Virus record (IMG/VR): IMGVR_UViG_3300032335_001171
Location: 1 to 38,628 of that record
From: a virus
Lineage: Duplodnaviria > Caudoviricetes
Direction: 5' to 3' (one strand)
Length of the DNA stretch: 38,628 nucleotides
The first letter of the stretch is position 1. Each line of letters starts with the position of its first letter. Below the pieces are notes generated by a model. It was not told the origin of the DNA and ran no database searches. It worked only from the letters and a program-made list of their open reading frames with translations. This document shows, piece by piece, positions 1-7,700 of the stretch. Position numbers and translations under genes: made by a program.

Positions 1-1
1 A

Positions 2-253
2 ATGACAAGAACAGTTGAAGAAAAGAACCAGTGGGACATGCAGGCATACGGATGCCGTGCAGCTGCGATAGATAACGCTCTACAAGATTATCGTGACCCA
101 TTGATGTTAGCTGCGAGTATGCTATCAGACGCTCAAGAGGTTATCTCTGGAGAGTATGGACAACCTGACACGGAGACTGCTCGCCAGTTTATGAACCGTG
201 CTAAGTATATCATATTCAAAATGATGAAGGATAACCAAGATGCCACAGCCTAA
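2..253 (+). CDS. hypothetical phage protein (may start at or before the window edge)
   Basis: 83-aa ORF overlapping the next ORF in a dense run of small + strand genes; no recognisable motif. Confidence 0.65.
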   Translation: MTRTVEEKNQWDMQAYGCRAAAIDNALQDYRDPLMLAASMLSDAQEVISGEYGQPDTETARQFMNRAKYIIFKMMKDNQDATA

Positions 254-488
254 CTTTGAATATAAGAAGGCGCTTGCCCTTGGTGATAAGGCTTTTGAAG
301 CCCTAGTGACCGAAAAGATACTTCAGCTCGTACCAGAGGCCACAGCCACCTGGACGAACTATACGCTGTTCCTAAAGACCAGTGATGGTGACATGCAGAG
401 AGTAACCAATTACCTTGCAAGCACCTATGGTATGGATAACATTGACATTAACCAAGTAGGAGAAGAATATGCCATTGACTTTATATAG
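240..488 (+). CDS. hypothetical phage protein
   Basis: 82-aa ORF with AAGGA upstream; overlaps both neighbours. Confidence 0.65.
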   Translation: MPQPNFEYKKALALGDKAFEALVTEKILQLVPEATATWTNYTLFLKTSDGDMQRVTNYLASTYGMDNIDINQVGEEYAIDFI

Positions 489-666
489 AGCCAATCAAGA
501 ACTAGCCATAGTAGCCAAAGAAGAAAACAATAAGGTCATAGAAGCCATGTATGATGACCTTATACTATTACCAAACCTCATGGCAGACCCGAGATTCTAT
601 GGTCCCGATCCGATTGATTGCGACCCTGGCTGGTATTGGGATTCCAATGGAGATATTGATGGGTAA
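469..666 (+). CDS. hypothetical phage protein
   Basis: 65-aa ORF with AGGAGA SD upstream of the ATG. Confidence 0.6.
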   Translation: MPLTLYRANQELAIVAKEENNKVIEAMYDDLILLPNLMADPRFYGPDPIDCDPGWYWDSNGDIDG

Positions 667-799
667 AATGAAAACAAAACAGGACGCATTGGATTGGGCA
701 TTAACATATTTAAGGGAGGTTGTCGGAGTAGAGATTGAAGACAACGAAGAATACCAAAAAGCAACACAAATAAACGAGGAGGCACCATGGGTAAAATGA
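659..799 (+). CDS. small hypothetical protein (MGKMKTKQDALDW...)
   Basis: In-frame ATG at 659 of track ORF 551..799, preceded by GGAG; this start avoids a long overlap with the upstream gene. Confidence 0.6.
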   Translation: MGKMKTKQDALDWALTYLREVVGVEIEDNEEYQKATQINEEAPWVK

Positions 800-945
800 A
801 AGAACTGGTTATAGAGGTATTAGAAGCCCTAGAGGTAAACGACTACGAAACGGTAGCAAACCAATTTGGCATGACTATACCTCAGGTGGTGCAGATAGCC
901 AAAGATTATGGTGGAGATGGCATTAACGATAGCGATGCGCCTTAG
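787..945 (+). CDS. small hypothetical protein, 52 aa (MGKMKELVIEVLEALEVNDYETVANQFGMTIPQVVQIAKDY...), possibly HTH-like
   Basis: Read manually (below track cut-off); GAGGAGG SD; ATG 787, TAG 943-945. Confidence 0.6.
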   Translation: MGKMKELVIEVLEALEVNDYETVANQFGMTIPQVVQIAKDYGGDGINDSDAP

Positions 946-1042
946 TGCTGGTCAAGGAGCCTCCAGGACAGTTGGAAGGAGTCCTCTTGATGAAGGTCTA
1001 TGCCTCTAACATCCTTTTGACGCTGTTAAAATCGACTATGCG

Positions 1043-1178
1043 TCCAGCGAATTTCGCTTTTCGTTTAGAGGATACTTACCACAAATTTACTTTACCTCCA
1101 GCGAAATCGCAAAAGCGTTTCGAGGATACTTACCATTATCCAGGCAAATTCGACTTTTCGATGAGAGGATACTTGCCA
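1043..1178. repeat. three imperfect ~39-bp direct repeats TCCAG...TCG...GAGGATACTTRCCA
   Basis: Copies at 1043-1081, 1097-1135 and 1139-1178; core GAGGATACTTACCA twice and GAGGATACTTGCCA once; short internal palindromes (GCGAATTTCGC, GCGAAATCGC, TCGACTTTTCGA). Confidence 0.9.
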
Positions 1179-1211
1179 CACTTTTACACTATATTATGAT
1201 AGGATACTAAA

Positions 1212-1571
1212 ATGAGATTACAAAAAGGCGTTTACTACATCGGAGACTTATGTTATGTGATGCACCCCGAATGGGACGAAGTGTGTCAATTACTTGAAGG
1301 TGACCAATACCCTAACGAAGGACAGTTTAGATTATCAGACGGAAGACAGTTTGCTATGTTTTATACTGCCTATGGTGATGGTGAATACTATGACAAGCAA
1401 GGTCGTGCCTACTGTGTGGACTCTGGTAGTTTAGGTTGTATTAAAGTGGAGAATCTTACAGAAGAAGTGGACGAAACTTTAGGGAATATAGTTGAGATGC
1501 CCTATGACTTCTATGTATATTCAGATAGTAAAACACTACACTTTGGCCATATAGAGATTGATACAGAATGA
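1212..1571 (+). CDS. conserved-looking phage hypothetical protein (YYIGDLCYVM...TAYGDGEY...VDSGSLG)
   Basis: 119-aa ORF; motif pattern familiar from phage hypothetical proteins; function unknown. Confidence 0.75.
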   Translation: MRLQKGVYYIGDLCYVMHPEWDEVCQLLEGDQYPNEGQFRLSDGRQFAMFYTAYGDGEYYDKQGRAYCVDSGSLGCIKVENLTEEVDETLGNIVEMPYDFYVYSDSKTLHFGHIEIDTE

Positions 1572-1837
1572 TTGATTATATACTCATATTCACAGCCTCA
1601 TTCTTCCTTGTTGGATTACTAGGTCTCCAGAGCAAGAATGTTCAACACTCACGTTATATAGCGGCTGCAATCACCTCTATGGCCATATCGCTCGCAAACT
1701 TCGTGTTTGTCAAGTCAGTAGCCACAGGAGGGTTTGACATCATGGTCACAGGCATGGTCGGTGGGGCTTGTGGTATCATTGTAGCCATCTATGCCCATGA
1801 CCACCATTTAATGAAAGGAAGTAAAGATGAAAATTAG
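1568..1837 (+). CDS. small membrane protein (about 3 TM helices)
   Basis: ATGA overlap with upstream gene; three hydrophobic segments. Confidence 0.7.
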   Translation: MIDYILIFTASFFLVGLLGLQSKNVQHSRYIAAAITSMAISLANFVFVKSVATGGFDIMVTGMVGGACGIIVAIYAHDHHLMKGSKDEN

Positions 1838-1958
1838 AAATGTGTTAAGAGATATCTATGTAAAGGTAATACTTTATACGAATAGCCTCTATACCTATTG
1901 GGAACTTCTGTTAGCCTTTGGTATTGGAGTAGTATTGGGTGGATACCTGTTATATTAG
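1827..1958 (+). CDS. small membrane peptide, 43 aa (MKIRNVLRDIYVKV...LLAFGIGVVLGGYLLY)
   Basis: Read manually; AAAGGA upstream; C-terminal hydrophobic segment. Confidence 0.5.
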   Translation: MKIRNVLRDIYVKVILYTNSLYTYWELLLAFGIGVVLGGYLLY

Positions 1959-2003
1959 GGTTACTCTCGGAAAAAATCCCTTGGAAAAATTTAGGAGAAA
2001 AGA

Positions 2004-2123
2004 ATGAAAAACGTGTTGAATTTTGTGGGCCATCTATTGACCATATTGTTTACGATGGTATTTATAGGGGTGCTATCCCATGTATTATATGATATCGTCA
2101 AGTTTGGTTGGGACCTAGTATAA
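2004..2123 (+). CDS. small membrane peptide, 39 aa (MKNVLNFVGHLLTILFTMVFIGVLSHVLYDIVKFGWDLV)
   Basis: Read manually; TAGGAG SD; stop overlaps next start (TAATG). Confidence 0.6.
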   Translation: MKNVLNFVGHLLTILFTMVFIGVLSHVLYDIVKFGWDLV

Positions 2124-2773
2124 TGGAATATAATTGGCAGAATTTCAATAACCTTGGTTTCGTTTGGGCTCAATTAACACCCGAACAATTAGAACCCATT
2201 TGGCAAGAAATAAGAGAGATACAGGCTGATTTTGATAAAGCCATTTCCGCTAATCATTATTTAGTTGGGAATAGTGAACATGGATATGAATTGATAAAAT
2301 GTCATGGATATGTGGAAAAACTTATACATCCGCTTACCGCTGGGTATGATGAACAGTATGGTAATTATACAAGGCTGGATCTAACTCATGTGAAATCCCA
2401 AGATGGTGTTAGCTTAGTGTTAGATAGGTTATGGGTTAACTTTGTAAAGAAAGGCGATTTCACCCCACCACACACACATGGCGGAGTTATGAGTTTTGTA
2501 ATTTGGATGGATACTCCATATAATATTGAAGATGAGGTTAATCGTGGATCAGAAAAAGACGCAGAATCAAGAGTAGCGGGTCATTTTTCTTTTCAATACA
2601 CTAATACTTTGGGTGAAATCAAACCACACCCAATACCTGTTGACCGTAGATTTAATGGAAGAATAGCTTTATTTCCTGCCAAAATGACCCATCAGGTATA
2701 CCCATTCTATACATCCGATGAGTATAGAATATCTGTATCGGGTAATTTTTATTTTACGGACAACAAAGTTTAG
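2123..2773 (+). CDS. putative 2OG-Fe(II) oxygenase
   Basis: WVNF..KGDFTPPHTH..VMSFVIW, FPA.M.HQVYPF and C-terminal RISVSGNF motifs; start placed at the TAATG coupling. Confidence 0.85.
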   Translation: MEYNWQNFNNLGFVWAQLTPEQLEPIWQEIREIQADFDKAISANHYLVGNSEHGYELIKCHGYVEKLIHPLTAGYDEQYGNYTRLDLTHVKSQDGVSLVLDRLWVNFVKKGDFTPPHTHGGVMSFVIWMDTPYNIEDEVNRGSEKDAESRVAGHFSFQYTNTLGEIKPHPIPVDRRFNGRIALFPAKMTHQVYPFYTSDEYRISVSGNFYFTDNKV

Positions 2774-2825
2774 TTTTATACATAGATGTGAACCATTAGT
2801 TTATTTGGAAGAGGAAAAACAAGCC

Positions 2826-3452
2826 GTGTACCTTTGTCAAAAGATACTGGATACATTAGACACCCATCGGAGTTTATTCGATGGTTATCAACGACAGCCG
2901 GATATAGCCAAGAACCTCCAAAAAGTATTAAAGCCATTCCACGCCAAGGTTAAGGTGCATACAAATAAGACACTTGACCGAGGCGATATAGCTATAGGTG
3001 GTGAGTTTCACTATGATAGAACTTATCAGCCTATACACCTACACTTACACTTTTCGCCTAAGGCACAAGGTAAGTTTCAATGGACTGATAAGTGGGAACA
3101 CTTTAGATTTTTAGTGGCACAGGTACTTCAGCATGAGTTGGTTCATCAGCATCAATGTCAGTTTCCCGAGCATGCCGAAGGTAACTATTATGATATGAAC
3201 ATTGATGACAAGGATATTCATTACTTTTCTGAACTGGATGAAATTGATGCTTTTGGTCACGATATAGCCATGGAGATAAGATATTACTATCCCAAGGAAG
3301 ACCCATATCAAGTATTAAAGACCGTGTCAAGGCGTAAGTATATTCACTCATATAAGTATTATACGAACACATTCAAGGGATTAGATTGGACTTGTATTCG
3401 CAAGAGGCTCATTAAGAAAGCGAATAACTGGATACCATTTACACACATTTAA
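2826..3452 (+). CDS. hypothetical protein with HExxH (HELVH) zinc-metallopeptidase-like motif
   Basis: QHELVHQHQ followed by Y...EIDA; start placed at GTG 2826 behind GAGG (uncertain). Confidence 0.65.
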   Translation: MYLCQKILDTLDTHRSLFDGYQRQPDIAKNLQKVLKPFHAKVKVHTNKTLDRGDIAIGGEFHYDRTYQPIHLHLHFSPKAQGKFQWTDKWEHFRFLVAQVLQHELVHQHQCQFPEHAEGNYYDMNIDDKDIHYFSELDEIDAFGHDIAMEIRYYYPKEDPYQVLKTVSRRKYIHSYKYYTNTFKGLDWTCIRKRLIKKANNWIPFTHI

Positions 3453-3464
3453 AAAGGAGAAGTT

Positions 3465-3653
3465 ATGGGAATCGAATGGATTTATTTGGGAGCTAGTTTA
3501 ATTATTGGTTACTGTGCATATCATTCAGGCAAGGGTGATGGGCTTAACCTTGGTATTGAACACACTTTAGACCTACTTGAAAAACATAAGATGATTGATA
3601 TTGCTGACCCAAAATTCGATAAGATATTTGCCAAGCAAAAGGTTGACAAATAA
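3465..3653 (+). CDS. small protein with N-terminal membrane anchor
   Basis: AAGGAG SD; hydrophobic N-terminus. Confidence 0.7.
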   Translation: MGIEWIYLGASLIIGYCAYHSGKGDGLNLGIEHTLDLLEKHKMIDIADPKFDKIFAKQKVDK

Positions 3654-3671
3654 CCCTTTTTATGATACAAT
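3643..3671 (+). promoter_or_regulatory. sigma70-type promoter
   Basis: TTGACA (3643-3648), 17 nt, TACAAT (3666-3671), with extended -10 TG. Confidence 0.8.
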
Positions 3672-3672
3672 G

Positions 3673-3836
3673 GTTTTAATCCCAATTCTAGGTGGGTAGC
3701 CCTAGAAACAGAGAGGTCTGGATCCGAGATAAAAACGGATGCGTCATGCGGGATTTGAACTGGCAAGTATCCTAAGGAACCTCAATACTTAGCGCAGGAG
3801 GAAATGATATCTGTTCCGACTTATAGTGATTATAAG
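3673..3836 (+). ncRNA. candidate structured non-coding RNA or long 5' leader, family not recognised
   Basis: Begins right after the promoter; stems AATCCC/GGGATT, TTCTAGG/CCTAGAA, CAGA/TCTG, ATCCG/CGGAT, AAGTAT/ATACTT, GGAA/TTCC, CTTATA/TATAAG; no convincing ORF. Confidence 0.55.
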
Positions 3837-3936
3837 AATATAGATATTCAAAAATATTATAATGAAATCTGTGTGGATGACATACATATATGCGAGCCAA
3901 AAGCTCTTTGATAAAAATAACCCAAAAGGAAATGTA

Positions 3937-4227
3937 ATGAAAAAATTAGTAATCGTAACAGGCGCTATTGCCGCCATCGCAACAACAGTAGCCTCGGCTG
4001 CTATTCTTATCTCCCATGATAAGCAAACACAATTTGAACGTGCTGCTCGCCTTCAAAATCTGAGCGTAGTGGCAGTTAAAAACAAAGACTTCGATTTAGC
4101 TTGTAAAGCTCAAACTGAAGTGGTTGACGCTTTAGCAAAGGCACATGTTAAAGGTCACGACCTAGTCGGTACAGCTACACAAAACAAAACAGAGTTATGT
4201 GTTAAGGCATTAGTAGCTGCTAAATAG
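3937..4227 (+). CDS. small exported protein
   Basis: MKKLVIVTGAIAAIATTVASA signal-peptide-like N-terminus; AAAGGA SD; two Cys. Confidence 0.7.
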   Translation: MKKLVIVTGAIAAIATTVASAAILISHDKQTQFERAARLQNLSVVAVKNKDFDLACKAQTEVVDALAKAHVKGHDLVGTATQNKTELCVKALVAAK

Positions 4228-4301
4228 TATTAAGTGTGATTGGGGCATTGCGTCCCGTGGCACACTATAATCTACCACAAAATGCCGCCAGATGAACGCT
4301 T

Positions 4302-4349
4302 TGCTAGTTTATTATGAATCTTTAAACCGAAAATAAACTAGCACTTTTT
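4302..4349 (+). terminator. 12-bp inverted repeat followed by a T-run, terminator-like
   Basis: TGCTAGTTTATT (4302-4313) / AATAAACTAGCA (4332-4343), 18-nt loop, then CTTTTT. Confidence 0.4.
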
Positions 4350-4368
4350 AATACTATGAGCCTGTGAT

Positions 4369-4974
4369 ATGATTGACATTTTAGACTATTTAAGCGAAGA
4401 AGAAAAACTACAAACTTCACACATTAATAAAGATTTGTGGGGTGAGGAAACTCTACTTGATTTAAGACCCAATTTCGGTTCAGCTGGACGCTCAGCACAA
4501 AAATCAGGCGCGATGTTGGAAAAAGTTGTTGGACGAATTGTATATCAATTTTCTGAAAAACATCCAGGTTTGATAACTCATAGCTTTCACAGTTGGGGTC
4601 AAGCTTCATATAAACCAAATTTCAATTGCCATTATAATTTACCTCGTAAAGGTGATGGCGAAATCATAACACAATCGAGAAATAAAATTCATATTGAATG
4701 TAAAGAGCTTGGAAATGTAGAATCTCATTTTGATAAATTATCACACATATTATTAAATGTGATTGAAGGTTGTTATGGTAAAATATTTTGGTTGGTTTAT
4801 AATTATGATAGAAGTAATGGAAACAATTACAAAATAGAATCCATGATTAGAAGACACAAAGAAATCCAATCACAAGTTAGAATACGGGGTATTATCTTTG
4901 AAACCATTGATGTTACGGATTTAGACAAACATTTAAACGAAAAACACTTAAACGATTTGAATGAATGTTTATAA
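4369..4974 (+). CDS. putative PD-(D/E)xK superfamily nuclease
   Basis: G..LE helix, KGDGEI and HIECK (E...D...ExK catalytic pattern). Confidence 0.6.
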   Translation: MIDILDYLSEEEKLQTSHINKDLWGEETLLDLRPNFGSAGRSAQKSGAMLEKVVGRIVYQFSEKHPGLITHSFHSWGQASYKPNFNCHYNLPRKGDGEIITQSRNKIHIECKELGNVESHFDKLSHILLNVIEGCYGKIFWLVYNYDRSNGNNYKIESMIRRHKEIQSQVRIRGIIFETIDVTDLDKHLNEKHLNDLNECL

Positions 4975-5218
4975 TTTTATTACAGGAAAAATAATGACAG
5001 AAGAACAAAAATTACAAGAAATTTCTATCAAAGTGGATGAGTTTTTATTAAACTTACTCCAAGACTATAAACTATCACCAATAAATATATCAGCTATCAT
5101 CTCTGGTCGTGTTTATATGTTTAATGAATCTGCTGACACCTTGGAAGAATTCAAACAGTTATTAGAGCAGGTAATTAAAATTCAACCATCAGATATTAAA
5201 CCAGTGACCATACAATGA
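4961..5218 (+). CDS. hypothetical protein (true start may be the internal MTEEQ, behind AGGA)
   Basis: ORF track; amphipathic helical composition. Confidence 0.65.
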   Translation: MNVYNFITGKIMTEEQKLQEISIKVDEFLLNLLQDYKLSPINISAIISGRVYMFNESADTLEEFKQLLEQVIKIQPSDIKPVTIQ

Positions 5219-5288
5219 AAAAATCAGACACTATTGCATTAGTAGCTATTATTGTGGCTGCAATTTTATTATACATTGTGGAGAAACT

Positions 5289-5507
5289 ATGAACACACTT
5301 TACGCTTTATTATTAATCACATCTACAGGAATTTCAGAAGGATATACTTTCAATTCTTTATCAGAATGTCAGGTTGTAGCTTCAAAAATTAAACAACATG
5401 AAGCCGTTTGTGTTGAAAAGAAAGTTGCCAATCCAGATGTCCAAATGAGGCAAATGATGTCAATGTTTAAGAACATGGTTACTGAAATGAAAGAAATGCA
5501 AAAATAG
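5289..5507 (+). CDS. small exported or membrane-anchored protein with two Cys
   Basis: GGAG SD; hydrophobic N-terminus; F.S..EC...CV pattern. Confidence 0.65.
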   Translation: MNTLYALLLITSTGISEGYTFNSLSECQVVASKIKQHEAVCVEKKVANPDVQMRQMMSMFKNMVTEMKEMQK

Positions 5508-5511
5508 TTGA

Positions 5512-5519
5512 TATAAATA
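5512..5519 (+). promoter_or_regulatory. T4-type late (gp55) promoter
   Basis: Exact TATAAATA in the intergenic gap before 5556. Confidence 0.75.
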
Positions 5520-5555
5520 AACTATATAATATTAATTAATGAAAGTGTGTGAATT

Positions 5556-6236
5556 ATGAATTTTATACCATTAACCATCGTAGATGATTTCTTTGATAAT
5601 CCAGATATTGTCCGTGAATTTGCTCTTCAACAAGTATTTCATCCATCTCCTGGAAATTACCCAGGCCAAAGAACCGACACACTCGATAAAATTAATCCAG
5701 AGTTACTAGACACACTCACTAAAAAATTATTTTCTCTATTCTATAATTTTAATTATGAATCTGTCAATTGGCAAGTATCAGCTTACTTTCATAAGATTCC
5801 AGCTTTCTATGAATCTGGTTGGATCCATACCGATGATACCATGAATATGTCTGGTCTAGTTTATCTTAGCCCAACACCAAAAGACGCATTTAATTGTGGA
5901 ACTTCCGTCTATACTCGCAAAAAAGAATATGCGTTTAATAAAGTAAATCCTGGCGGCATAATGAACAAATACTATAAAGACCATTCGGTTCCAAAAGAAG
6001 AATTTGAAGAAGCTCGCCAAGCTAACAATGCTCAATATGAAGAAACAATTCGAGTAGGCTACAAATACAACCGCCTTGTGACCTATGACGCCATGTTACC
6101 ACATCGACCAAATAATTTCTTTGATGATGGTACACAAAATTCAGAACGATTAACACTGGTATATTTTGTAGAACAATTATATGCTAACAAATATCCAATT
6201 ACAAGAATGAGGACCGCAAAAAATGAAGCAGCCTAA
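5556..6236 (+). CDS. 2OG-Fe(II) oxygenase-like protein (DUF6445-like)
   Basis: IVDDFFDNPD.VR.FAL, YPGQRT, WIHTD (HxD), GLVYLSP, GTS.Y, YNRLV.YD...PH, RLTLVYF. Confidence 0.8.
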   Translation: MNFIPLTIVDDFFDNPDIVREFALQQVFHPSPGNYPGQRTDTLDKINPELLDTLTKKLFSLFYNFNYESVNWQVSAYFHKIPAFYESGWIHTDDTMNMSGLVYLSPTPKDAFNCGTSVYTRKKEYAFNKVNPGGIMNKYYKDHSVPKEEFEEARQANNAQYEETIRVGYKYNRLVTYDAMLPHRPNNFFDDGTQNSERLTLVYFVEQLYANKYPITRMRTAKNEAA

Positions 6237-7677
6237 AAGAATAGCCGTTGTTGGCGGTGGCACCGCAGGTTATGTAGCCGCACTTATACTTAAAGCTAGG
6301 TTAAACTGTGAGGTTGATTTAATCTATTCTAATCGTATCGGTATCATAGGAGTGGGTGAAGGTTCAACCGAACATTGGGCTGAATTTCTTCGACATATTG
6401 GAGCGACACCACATGAAGTTGTCCGTGAATGTGACGCTACTGTTAAAATTGGTATCATGTTTCAAAATTGGGGTAAAGAAGATTACTTACATAGTATCCA
6501 AGGTGGTTTTGCTCATTCAACCGGATTGACACCAACAGTTTACCTTAAAATGATTATGGATGGAGCTACATCTAAAGAAATTGGTTCTCCTCACATTTGG
6601 GATAATAAGTTTGAAGTTCCTTACTTAACTGATGGTCCAGCTTTCCAAAGTAATCAATTCCATTTTAATACTAAATCACTTAATAATTGGTTACAAAGAA
6701 AATCAAGCCAATGGGGTATCAATCTAATTGAAGATGAAATTTTAGATGTGACCTTAAACGAACAAGGCGAAGTCTCCACAATTCGTGGTGAGAAAGCTAC
6801 ATATCAGTATGATTTCTATATTGATGCTACAGGATTCAAACGATTACTCATCAACAAAGTCGGTGGTAAATGGAACTCATATGGTAAGTATTTGAAGATG
6901 AAATCAGCAATCGCTTTTGCTACTCCTGATCCTGAAGAATATAATATGTGGACAGTAGCTCGTGCCATGGACTATGGTTGGAACTTTAGAATTCCAACGT
7001 GGGGTCGCCAAGGCAATGGATACATTTTTGATTCTGATTATATTACAGCTGAACAAGCTAAGATGGAAATTGAGAAATTATATGGCCATGAAATCGAAGT
7101 TGGTAAAACATTTAATTTTGATTCTGGTGCTCTACATGAACCTTGGATTAAAAACGTAGTAGCTGTTGGGTTGAGTGCTAACTTTGTTGAACCTATGGAA
7201 GCGTCCTCTATTGGCTCTTCGATTCAACAATCTTTCTTATTGATGCACATGCTTTCTGGATATGATGAAAAGACAATCAAAAAATATAATAAATCTATCA
7301 ATGAAATGACTGACAATATCCGAGATTTTATTGCTCTTCATTATGTGACACAAAAGGACAATACACAATTCTGGAAAGATATCCAAGACACACCTTTACC
7401 AGACACATTAATGGAAAAACTCCAATGGTGGCATCATCATATTCCTACAGCTGCTGATTTCACACACAATACTGGATACATTATGTTTAGTCATATGCAC
7501 CATATCCATATTTTACATGGTCTAGGGTTATTCAATAGAGATAGTTTCAAAATGCAATGGGATGGGTTGAATCCAAACCTTCAATTACAAATTGAAGAAC
7601 AGATTAAACAACTTAAAACAGCCAAGTACCAAACCATTTCTCACAAACAGGCCATTGGTATTATCCGTAATAGTTAA
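6223..7677 (+). CDS. flavin-dependent halogenase, tryptophan halogenase (PrnA/RebH) family
   Basis: VVGGGTAG FAD motif, IGVGEGS, conserved Lys in ATVKIGIMF, FYIDATGF, GWNFRIP (WxWxIP variant), FVEPMEASSI. Confidence 0.9.
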   Translation: MKQPKRIAVVGGGTAGYVAALILKARLNCEVDLIYSNRIGIIGVGEGSTEHWAEFLRHIGATPHEVVRECDATVKIGIMFQNWGKEDYLHSIQGGFAHSTGLTPTVYLKMIMDGATSKEIGSPHIWDNKFEVPYLTDGPAFQSNQFHFNTKSLNNWLQRKSSQWGINLIEDEILDVTLNEQGEVSTIRGEKATYQYDFYIDATGFKRLLINKVGGKWNSYGKYLKMKSAIAFATPDPEEYNMWTVARAMDYGWNFRIPTWGRQGNGYIFDSDYITAEQAKMEIEKLYGHEIEVGKTFNFDSGALHEPWIKNVVAVGLSANFVEPMEASSIGSSIQQSFLLMHMLSGYDEKTIKKYNKSINEMTDNIRDFIALHYVTQKDNTQFWKDIQDTPLPDTLMEKLQWWHHHIPTAADFTHNTGYIMFSHMHHIHILHGLGLFNRDSFKMQWDGLNPNLQLQIEEQIKQLKTAKYQTISHKQAIGIIRNS

Positions 7678-7700
7678 AATCTTTTAGTAGGGAATATATT

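Noticed and set aside
1043-1178. Mini CRISPR array
   Set aside because: Sequences between cores are homologous to each other, unique spacers are 3-15 nt, and there is no cas operon in the window.
945-1199. 84-aa ORF with repeated EDTYH
   Set aside because: The peptide repeat is a by-product of the DNA repeats, and the third copy is in another frame; non-ATG start with no clear SD.
3670-3830. tRNA on the minus strand (contains GTTCAAATCCC)
   Set aside because: The T-arm stem does not pair, and no acceptor, D or anticodon arms fall at the right spacing.
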